Under the pieces are notes generated by a model, which was not told the origin of the DNA, ran no database searches, and saw only the letters and a program-made list of their open reading frames with translations. Position numbers and translations under genes: made by a program. Shown here piece by piece: positions 11,435 to 20,628 of a DNA stretch of 64,000 nucleotides (position 1 is the first letter of the stretch; every line of letters begins with the position of its first letter). The stretch is taken from NCBI GenBank assembly GCA_977017575.1, contig CDRNVI010000060.1, forward strand, positions 310,001-374,000, in the 5' to 3' direction. This stretch comes from Paramoeba atlantica (lineage: Eukaryota > Protista > Discosea).

Positions 11435-12283
11435 CTACCCGTACCTCTTTTTCAGCTCGGTCTGGTCCTCACTACTCACCCTCGTCCACCCCTTACTCGT
11501 GACGACATACACCGTCACAATCCCCCCTGAAAAACAATCCCGGGTGGTGGCGTGGTAAATCGCCCGCCGGGCGAGTTCCACCCCCTCTTCCAACCCCATC
11601 CCGGGACGGTACTCCGCATCCACAACCCCATAGGCAAAAACCGACCCACTCCCCACCGCGAAGACCGAATGCGCGATCCGATCCCCCTGGTCATCCACAT
11701 AGTACAACCCGTACCCTTTTTGCTGGTCATACCCCGCGACCATACTCCCCATCGACAGCCCGTAGTTACGGTAGCCGTAGGTAATATTGGCCAAAATCTT
11801 GGAGGCCGCGCCGACGGAGATGCGGGTCCCGTTCCGCAGCTCCCACAGGCGGCACTCCCGGGCGAGCACGCGGAACCAGAACTGGCAGTCCGCGGCCCCC
11901 CCGGCCATGGTCCCCAGCAGGTACGGGTTGATCTCCAGCACCTTGCGCACGGTCTGGGAGGCGACGTACTGCCCGGTGCTCGCGCGGGAGTCCACCGCGA
12001 GCACGACCCCGGAGTCGAGGCGCATTCCCAGCGTGGTGGTCCCGTGCTTGTGGGAGAGGGGGGGGAGGGAGGCCCGGGGGAAGGGGGCGCGGGGGAGGGG
12101 GTAGGCCAGGCGGGGGGAGGGGAGACGGGCGGGGCCGTGGAGGGGGCGCTCGTCCATGTAGGGGGGGTGGAGGGGGGAGGGGGGGGAGAAGGGGGAGGAG
12201 GGGTGGAGACGGGGGGGACGGGGGAGGGTGGGATCGAGAAGGGTGGGGCAGGGCATGGGGAGTGAGGTGGGGGTAGGAAACAA
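11435..12283 (-). CDS. PSMB5: 20S proteasome subunit beta5 (chymotrypsin-like); start within the Pro-rich propeptide is uncertain
   Basis: HG|TTTL autocleavage site, AVDSRAS, LLGTMAGGAADCQFW, ECRLWELRNGTRISVGAASKILANITYGYRN (kinetoplastid-like wording as recalled). Confidence 0.96.
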   Translation of the reverse strand: MFPTPTSLPMPCPTLLDPTLPRPPRLHPSSPFSPPSPLHPPYMDERPLHGPARLPSPRLAYPLPRAPFPRASLPPLSHKHGTTTLGMRLDSGVVLAVDSRASTGQYVASQTVRKVLEINPYLLGTMAGGAADCQFWFRVLARECRLWELRNGTRISVGAASKILANITYGYRNYGLSMGSMVAGYDQQKGYGLYYVDDQGDRIAHSVFAVGSGSVFAYGVVDAEYRPGMGLEEGVELARRAIYHATTRDCFSGGIVTVYVVTSKGWTRVSSEDQTELKKRYG

Positions 12284-12330
12284 AGGTGTGGAGTAGAGGA
12301 TGGGTGGAGAAGGGTATAAGGAAGAATATT

Positions 12331-13110
12331 CCAGGTCAAATGTATTCTGAAAATAGACAAAAAAATGATTTTAGTTCTAAATCTCGATAATTTCTTTCCC
12401 ATGACGTAAAAAGATTCAGTAAAAACCTCAGTGCATGTAACCGGAGCCTCGTGGTCCAAAATTATAGAAATAACGGAGAGACTCGCAAAGTTGAAAGTGC
12501 TTCGGCGAATTTTTCGCAAGAAAAAAAAGTTTCGGAGTTAACATAAGACATATCTTCTCGCACAAGTCCACAAACCTTGATGCAAACAGAGAGATACGTG
12601 GTATAATCTGTGGCAAAAAGGTTTTTTATAATTGTGCTAAACGGTTACACTATACCCACAGACAGTGCTAATAATATAGACCAATTTTTCTTATCCAATA
12701 AAAAATACTGTTTAGATGCACGTTATACAATGTATCATGCACCATACATCGTATTGTATACTTCGCATTGTATTCTTCCATGATGTGATATACTTCCACA
12801 AATGTGCACTACACGATTGTGCTAGGCATTCCTTTTGGATCTATAAATTAATATTGGAAGTCAGTCCATGCAAAGCCTCGCTAAAACGTTTCATTCAATG
12901 AACAATTCAAACTTCTAATTAAAATATCATCACGTAGAGGAGATTTTCCATAATTCGTCCATAGAGGTCCAGATTGGTCCATAGGACACGCCAACTTTCC
13001 CTGAAACAAGACCTCGTCGGGGTCTAGTCCCACTTGCTCAATGGAGGGGACAAGATTTGGATTCAAAATTTCAGCGTACTGATGGGCATTCAAATTGCCC
13101 TCAATCAAAG
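12331..13110 (-). mobile_element. Tc1-derived degenerate repeat (shorter copy of 49995..51910)
   Basis: Long nucleotide match to 50000-50190 and 51460-51905. Minus-strand remnant IEGNLNAHQYAEILNPNLVPSIEQVGLDPDEVLFQ resembles the Tc1 region before the second Asp. Confidence 0.7.
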
Positions 13111-13269
13111 TGTTCTACCTACGAATGAAGTCGAGGCTGTGGTGGGTACTTTCGAAGGTAATAATAATAATAGAAATGGAAAAACTATTGGGATTGCAGG
13201 AAGTTCCTTGCAGAAACTAAAGGCGGTACATCTGCACGATCAATACCTCGGTTCTTCCTTGGCTGGCAC

Positions 13270-13790
13270 CGAGAACGCCGAAATGAGTTGGGCACTAGTT
13301 CGAGTTTGATGCTACGAGCATTCCCAGACTTAACTTGTATCGTCGCCAACAACTTGACGACTGGAGGAAAACTTGGGCGACACAGCCCACTACTAACCCA
13401 GCATTGTCCATTTCCCGATCCCCAAGAGTAAAAGATGCGCGCCGCTATGCAACTCTCGATTCGACTCTTAAAGTTTTCTTTGATACCGATTCGTTGACAA
13501 AATTTCCCTGCTTGATTTTTAAACCATCAACTCTCACAAAGTGAGCATCTTCAACGGCAATGTGGGGGAAAATTTCAGGTAACTATGAGTTACGTATCAA
13601 AAATTATGAAGCGCGAGGAACTCAGTGTCCGGGCTATCAAACGATGTTCGACTTTGTCGGACAATGAGATTTTCGCAAAGGCTCTACGATTTCATACATC
13701 AGTATTTAAACATCTTCCTTTCGTCGACGGAGTTATAAATATTGATGAAATACCTCAGAGCATGAGCGGTCGTATGGGAGCTTTTCAGTC
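13270..13790 (+). pseudogene. pogo/Tigger-like transposase N-terminal remnant
   Basis: Across frames: YRRQQLDDWRK, RRYATLDSTLKVFF, KIMKREELSVRAIKR, VINIDEIP (CENP-B-like HTH and first-Asp NxDE motif). Confidence 0.6.
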
Positions 13791-14493
13791 AAGGAGCCCC
13801 TTTGTATTTTCTTCTATTATAGAAAATTTATTACTGTGTTCCTCTTATATTTTCACTGTTTTTGTTCACTTTTTTTTCAATAATCGAGTGTAGAGCGGAA
13901 GTTATACAACCACCGCAATTAGTATTACAAAAAATTATTGTAATACTAATGGGAGGGGGGGTTTACGTTAAAAAGGGAAAAATTAGCAAGAATTAGCAAG
14001 AATTTTGAGGAATTAGAAACAAAAACGATCAAAATCCGGGTAAATGTCTGTAAACGATGCGCCGTAAGAAGACTTTGTAAATATATAGATTGATTGTATA
14101 TTTCATGCATCAGTCCATGCAAAGCCTCAAAGATGTTTCATGTAGTTGTTCAAACTTCTAATTAAAATATCATCATGCAAAGAAAGAATATGTTTACAGG
14201 TCCAGTAATATGCACTAACGACTAACGTAGTGAATCATAAGCTTCATCACACATGTTTCTGTCTCTTCGCCATTGATAAAATGGCATCTAGTGGAAAACA
14301 ATACATAAGACCAGTATGTACAATAAGAGGGTTGAAACTTATGAAACGCAAACCTGACAAATACTACATGTTTACTTGATCTTCATCTTGCACTTCAGAT
14401 GTATTGCAGCTGAGAAATTTTGAATCTTCCCATCCCGCCTTTATATTTAGAAGATAATATTTATGCGCCTTTATACTTAGAAGATACGCCTTT

Positions 14494-14924
14494 ATATTTA
14501 GAAGTCACTCATGCTGCGCGCTTCGCGTTGAAAACTACCACCGCGTTTAACGAAGAGCCTAAAAAAGAAAACTTAGCCTGGAAAGCTGAAAACAGAAAGA
14601 TTATAGCCAAAAATAGCCAAAACTTGGGTAAAAATAGGGTAATTTTTGCGTATATTTGCTCTCAGAGCACTAAATCCGACATTCGCGTGTGGGAGATCAC
14701 TCGTAGGCATGAATGAAAGCCTACGGAACGTGTTGGGTAGAGAACGTGACTCCATCCGCACCATTCTTTCGAAAAAGGCCCCTTGAGGTCCGAAAAATAC
14801 TTTTCCACCTTTTTTAACCAAAAGTGTGTCGTTTTGGGGGGCATACCACGGATCGAAGAAGGGATATCTGGCGAAAATAACTGCAAAGAAAGCTAGTATA
14901 AGTCAGAAACTGTCAAAAACAATA
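14494..14924 (-). repeat. Inverted homolog of 8378..8808, including the loop and one arm of the palindromic element
   Basis: Nucleotide similarity; preceded by three tandem cgcctttata(t/c)ttagaag units at about 14433-14507. Confidence 0.85.
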
Positions 14925-16819
14925 GGGTTACATTAATAAGTATAAATTTGTAATTATTTATGGTTTATAATCCTTTCATAGTGTTTTCATAATTATAAAT
15001 TGTTTTTAAGCGTTTTGGTTTATTCGCATGTCATCTCATTGGTTTACTCGCACGACGGGGGAAAAGGCGACAAGATCACAACGTAGGCAGTATTGAACAA
15101 TTTACTAGCCTATCCGGCCGACCCCCCCTCGATGGATGGAGAAAAAGCGGCGTTTTCTTACATCCCGTTCAGAAAATGGAGAGGAAAATTCTTTTTTTAG
15201 AGAACGCTTAATAAATATGTTCAAATCATTTGCGAGTGAACATGAATCTCTTTTTCTCAGTTACGTCGAAACTTCATTGCATGAAGAGCGTAACAAGTTC
15301 ATTATTGCGGAGCGCAAGGGGGTGTCAAATGATAGCATGTAAATTTCATGGAGGTTTATTTAGTCTTAACGGCGACGGCACACCAGTTTTCTGGGACGAT
15401 AATTCTACGCCGTCAATTTTCGTTATCTTTTTGTTGGACGGCGCGAAGCACTGATGCGCCGCGTTCAATAAGTGTTGAAAGTAGTGATGCTCTTCTCGCT
15501 GAAGACGAAGATTCTGAACATGTGGACATGTCACATTGCGTAAAGAAGCAATTCGCCTCCAACGTGAAGATTTGTCTGTGCGATTCCGTGGATTATTTCG
15601 TGCATCAATCAGAGTACTTTGTGCGTCGCCCGTTGTGGGCAATTCTCGTCCGATCCATAATTACTGCGGTGAAAAATCATTGCACATTTAATTAGTGCAA
15701 TAACTAATTTTTAATTTTTTTGTGGAGAAATTCTTCATTTTTGATTACTTTTTCCTGCTATGGCCCCGTCGCAGTCGACACTTGCCTCAAAGAATTTTTA
15801 CATATCACGGCATGTGGCAGATCTTGTGGAGGAACTTGAAGCAAAACGCTCATCGCGCAAAGCAAAGAGATAAATAAGTGGAGTGGTGAAGAAGTACGTG
15901 AATTCCAAGCACTTTGTGAGAGTCGTTCCGTTTTGTCAAAATCTGCATGCTAGTCAAAATTTGACTAGCATGCAGATTTGGAATCAAACGCACAGTAAGA
16001 AAATGTCTGAACGAAGTGCCTATGCTTTGAAAGACCATGCTCCTTCCGGTAAACGTGCCGAAAAGACATGCTTACGGATGCAGAAAAGAATTATGTTTTA
16101 GATGGCATTAAGATGTACAATGTGTTAAACAAACCTGTTTGGTGCATACTTGGTTACAAGCATGGCTCGAGGGATATTGTGTAGAGATCGGTCTGAACTT
16201 TCTGGGTCATAAGCTGCTCTTGGGCAGGCAGATTCTTGCGTGACAACGGATCTACTGTCCGAGCTTCTACATCCGATTACACGGTTTCCCCTCCTGAAGT
16301 GAAGAAGGCTGGTTTGTAAAAAGTATTCCCACATTCTCTCAGAACTCATGTTTTATGTGGATGAATTGTTCTGTAAGCTATATGACACAAACCGCGAATG
16401 GGTACGTGCATCGAAGGGAAAGTCAATTCAACTTGGCCGGGGTCACCTCTTTCCACGGGCCCCCTGAACTCGAAGGGTTTCGTTGACGAAATTGCATCCC
16501 AGGGTCCCGAAAACCCATCGGCAGATTCAGCTCCAGGGGCCGAAGCGACGCACACACAGACCCCTCTCCCTCAAGTCCATCAGGAGGAGTGGATGTGCAT
16601 AAAGCTACACATGGGCCCCTGTGCGGTGGGACATATCCAGGTCCCGATCCCCCAGGAAACCCCCCTTCGAGGGATGTTCAACGTCGCAGCTTTCACCCTA
16701 GGGGTTCCAATGGATCGAATATGCCTCTCTAATGGCCCCCGAGGGACGTGCGGCTTATTTGTCCACAAGAACTGTAACAGCCCACGTCACGTTTCTGTAC
16801 CTCTCTGCTATTTGAAAGT

Positions 16820-17700
16820 GCTGTTTTCTGGCCCATCCAATAAAAAGTAGGACGGAAAGAAGAAGAAAAAGCGAAAAAGTGGCCCAACTGCGGCGCTCGT
16901 ACTGTGCAACCTCCGCCGAGGATGCATTGAGGCAAACCCCGGACCCCACCGGAAAGCCCGTAAATCTCGACCCCGGACTGGCACTTCCCCGCGTGGCCCT
17001 GAGCTTCAATCCCCTTCTACCGATCTCCGGCCTATCCCAACCTCCGATAGCCACCTCCCGGGCCCTGAACCCTCATCCCCCTCGCAGGGGGGGAGTCAGC
17101 AGAGTACCAGCGAGCCAAGCGTCGAGGCTGGCCCGATCGCCAAAGTTCCCCTGGACATAAAGCCACTCGCCGCAACCGAAGAAGATACTTCCTTCTTCCT
17201 TCTTTTACCTCTTTTACAGCCCTTTCCAGCTTTCACCGAGGATCTTCGGGCGGGGCACTAGGATTCCGATCTGAGCGCCCGCAAGTAGCTATACAATATC
17301 ATCACGACACCCGAACCTACCCACTTGGCACACTCACGAAACTCATCAGCCATATCCTAGCTGGAAAAATTCCACTTGAGGTTCAACACTGTTTCGCAGG
17401 AGAGCGCCCATGGGCTTTACACAAGGGAGAAGGGGACGTCCGCCCTATCGCTGCAGGAGAAACACTACGCCGACTCGCCGGCAAGGATGTCTCTAGGATG
17501 TCTCTCAGAAAGGCAAAAACCGGAAAGCTCTTCAAAGGCCACCAGTATGGAGTAGCAGCGCCTGCCGGAACCGAGTGTATGATACGCATCTGCAGACGGC
17601 TCGTCGCTCAAAAACTTAACGCCGAGGACTTCGTCTTGTGCAAGGTTGACCTCCGAAACGCATTTAACAATGTCTCCAGGGAAATTACGGATTCCGAGGA
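16820..17700 (+). mobile_element. Degenerate non-LTR retrotransposon RT, CRE/SLACS/CZAR-like clade
   Basis: Open frame ~17130-17770: SFHRGSSGG...ILAGKIPLEV...HKGEGDVRPIAAGETLRRLAGK...HQYGVAAPAGTE...LCKVDLRNAFNNVSRE; truncated before the YxDD motif. Confidence 0.8.
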
Positions 17701-17930
17701 TGATTTTGAGGCTATGCGCATCGAACTTGATGACCAACAATGGCTTGGGGTTGACACAAATGTTAATTAATTTTTTTATTTCTCCGAAAGTTAGACAGAA
17801 CTCAAAATGGGGAAGCTAGGTTGGGATCTCCTTGTGGTCTTCCCTGGTACTACCACCTCACTGATGGCACTAACGCGGACATACATGTAGTATCATTCGT
17901 ACAAAAGCAAGAGGTCCAGTTGCATTAGTA

Positions 17931-18012
17931 CTGTACCCCTCCCTACTTCATTGTCACCGCTTTTCGGGAAAAAGGACAATTAAATAGGGGGGGTGCAAAA
18001 TTTGAAGTAGGG
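17931..18012. mobile_element. MITE end, TA|CTGTACCC family (relative of 60553..60766 and 56775..56918)
   Basis: ta|ctgtacccctccctacttcattgtcac...ggacaattaaatagggggg. Confidence 0.65.
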
Positions 18013-18451
18013 GAAAAAAAAAATTTCCCGTCGCGGCGCATGTTTTACTTTATTTTACTATCTGCTACTATTGTTCTTGTGTAAGCGTAAGTCCAACGGA
18101 GACACCAAAAATTCACGATGGGCCCCACTAGACATACCTTGACCGGGTACGGCGGGTACGTACTCGCCTGTACCCACTATATCGGGTACCGTACGAGCTA
18201 CAAAAAAGAGCGGGGTCTACAGCGTAGCATGAGAGATAGCCATCTAAGTTCTTCCGCATATTTGTTTCCTCTTTCAAGATGTGTCAAGTACTACAGAATA
18301 TACATACAGAATTGTATGTAAGTCAAGTAGGCACAAAAGGTACTGACTCCGTGATACATCCTTATGTCTTTATGTTTCCTGTGAATGAACATTTTTTTGT
18401 CTAATTGCTGTATATCAATTATTTCATAAGCATTTCATATTTATAAAATTA

Positions 18452-18609
18452 CTGTCCCGCCCCGTTTAAGCGCACCTCGTTTTCCGCGAAAAGTGCGCTT
18501 AAACGGGGGGTCTGAATCACTACGTAAAAAAAGAATTGGCGCCGCTTCGCGGCGCCGGGCTCTTTCCTTCAACTCTATGTGCGCTTAAACGGGGGAGTCT
18601 GACCGGGTT
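18452..18609. mobile_element. 158-bp TA-flanked MITE with one CTGT end and one AACC end
   Basis: Left ta|ctgtcccgccccgtttaagcgcac; right (rc) ta|aacccggtcagactcccccgtttaagcgcac; central gcgccgcttcgcggcgc hairpin. Confidence 0.7.
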
Positions 18610-18715
18610 TATTAATATTTATATTTATAATTATAAATACAAAAGTTTATTTTTTATATTCCTAATTATTAATGCAACTCCCAGTACATGTATGAGAATA
18701 TAAATGTCGTAAGCG

Positions 18716-19819
18716 CTATCCCACCATGGATCTCTTTCTTCCTCGCAATCGTACGTTTTCTAAACGAGTCATTGTTTGCTGGTATTTATCTGAAGAACTT
18801 GCGTCAGTTGGAAACGAGAGTGAAACTTCCCTGTATCCTTCATAAAACAGGGGCAACCACTCGGGAGAACGACGATGCGAAGCGCTAAGCGCCTTCTCGA
18901 AAACGAACAAATCGACAGCTCGATCTTCAGCTTTGTGAGTGACGCAGCTGAGTCCGAAATCAATCACTCCAAGGGGGCAATTTGAAGTTGAAGTAGCCGT
19001 CAATGGATCGTTACCATTCTCGAACATCGAAGATGATTTCTGTAATCCCTCTTGCTCATTTATTCTAGCATTGCTCGTACATACTAACACGTTGGACGTC
19101 GTCAAATCCCCATGAACAATATTATGGAGGTGAAATTGTCCAATGACACGTCCTAACGTATGGCACAGAAATATGGAATACGAATGATACGTGCAAAAGA
19201 GAGATGTTAAGTCTTTCTTCTGTGACGGTGAGATATCCTTAAACGACTGATCATGCAAAAGTTTCATCTGCGCGTAAAGTGCTTCTGCAGTCCCCAAAGT
19301 AAATGATGTACTTTTAGTGTCGAACTCAATGTTCTGAGTCTGAATGAAGGACATGTACAACTGGGACTCTGCAAGTGCAAGCCACTCACGCAGGGGTTGC
19401 CCTTCGATAAACTCCATATGTATTGCCCAGTTCGTACGATCAACGCTGTAGATTCTCGGGACCCGAACTCCATTAAGTCCCGCACAGCGTTTCAACATGC
19501 GGTACTCCGCCATGGTTCGCTTTTTTCGCAAGGACTGATCAAGAGGTGGGAATCGATAGGGTTTGGAAGGTCTGATTTTTGTGATGTAGCGAACATTGAA
19601 TGGAACGTCGTCTTCGGGGTGATCTTTAGCGAGTTTACTAGTCGCTTCTTTGTGAAAATTCGTTGTGTTCCCTATGTGAGAGGCGGTATGAGAAAGTTGT
19701 GGTTCTGTGTTATCCGGGTTGGTGTTCGAGTCATCTAGTTTTCGTATTCGGGGCGGACACAAAAATACGACTGCCTCAGCTCCATGAAAGAGCAATTCTC
19801 CTTCACAAGTGAATTCCAT
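18716..19819 (-). CDS. BUD32: KEOPS complex kinase Bud32/PRPK
   Basis: GAEAVV, KIRPSKPYRFPPLDQSLRKKRT, HGDLTTSN, IDFGLS, EDRAVDLFVFEKA, RLRGRKRSMVG. Confidence 0.95.
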   Translation of the reverse strand: MEFTCEGELLFHGAEAVVFLCPPRIRKLDDSNTNPDNTEPQLSHTASHIGNTTNFHKEATSKLAKDHPEDDVPFNVRYITKIRPSKPYRFPPLDQSLRKKRTMAEYRMLKRCAGLNGVRVPRIYSVDRTNWAIHMEFIEGQPLREWLALAESQLYMSFIQTQNIEFDTKSTSFTLGTAEALYAQMKLLHDQSFKDISPSQKKDLTSLFCTYHSYSIFLCHTLGRVIGQFHLHNIVHGDLTTSNVLVCTSNARINEQEGLQKSSSMFENGNDPLTATSTSNCPLGVIDFGLSCVTHKAEDRAVDLFVFEKALSASHRRSPEWLPLFYEGYREVSLSFPTDASSSDKYQQTMTRLENVRLRGRKRSMVG

Positions 19820-20071
19820 GCAGCGAATGTAAGACTAAGTAAACCAAGAATATCTTTCGCTGACTACATTTCAACCATGCTTCACAACGTAACGATCTTA
19901 AATAGTTTCATAAGAAAAGTTCATCACAGATATACAACTCTCCGAGAACGTATTTTCGAGAAAATAATATTGCGGAAGTCATGCTTCCCTTTCTCCAGTA
20001 ATTTAGGTTCCACATTTCACGAGACCTTGATGCGTCTTCTCCTTACTTTACTTCTTTCTCCCTTCTTGTTC

Positions 20072-20437
20072 TTAGCCTCGGTAGGCTGCTCCACGCCCAC
20101 GGCCTCCACGGGGGCGTTCTCTCTCGGCGTTGTCTCGTCCCTCAGTGGCGCCCTCACGAGCGCCTGGTTTCATTACGTCCGGAACCACGTTAGGCTTCAG
20201 GTGGAGTAGTTCCCGGATATGCTCAATACCCGCCTCGGTGAGTACCCAGTAGAAGTGTTTCCAGCAGTAGGTCTCGTCCACAAGTTTCTTGGCTTTGAAG
20301 GAACGCATCAGGTTGATAATTTCCAAATTGGGGACGTCCAGCTTGGTGTGTTTTGCAAATTCCTTCTTGCACACCAGCACACCCTGGGTAAAGAGCTCCT
20401 TAAGAATTTCGTCACGGTTTTCACGGCGGATGAACAT
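20072..20437 (-). CDS. RPS10: 40S ribosomal protein S10 (eS10), 121 aa from MFIRRENR
   Basis: LFTQGVLVCKK, VPNLEIINLMRSF, YCWKHFYWVLTEAGIEHIRELL, RGG tail. The ORF-track start at 20668 overlaps GFAT and is rejected. Confidence 0.92.
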   Translation of the reverse strand: MFIRRENRDEILKELFTQGVLVCKKEFAKHTKLDVPNLEIINLMRSFKAKKLVDETYCWKHFYWVLTEAGIEHIRELLHLKPNVVPDVMKPGAREGATEGRDNAERERPRGGRGRGAAYRG

Positions 20438-20628
20438 GAACCAGAGAAGAGTATTTCGCGAAACAAAAAGATAAGCTGTGTTTATCGTAACGAAAAATGA
20501 TGATGCTGTTTTTTGCTCACTAATCACGTCTATAAAAGGATAAAAAAGCAACATAAAAAAGTATCGAAATGTTGTCCCACATAATTCTGTACTCTTACAT
20601 CCATTTTCTACCCCCGCCTTGTTCCCTG

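Noticed and set aside
12550-12560. ATATCTTCTCG, matching the 5' end of trypanosomatid U2 snRNA as recalled
   Set aside because: Diverges immediately, lies in a TE-derived repeat, and is not conserved in the second copy.
15130-16110. Protein-like fragmented ORFs (e.g. GLFSLNGDGTPVFW)
   Set aside because: Probably a decayed TE, but I could not assign any family from motifs; left unannotated.
16791-16800. GTTTCTGTAC, matching the conserved core of kinetoplastid spliced leaders, inside the CRE-like relic
   Set aside because: Only 10 nt match; the flanks do not resemble an SL exon or its GT donor.
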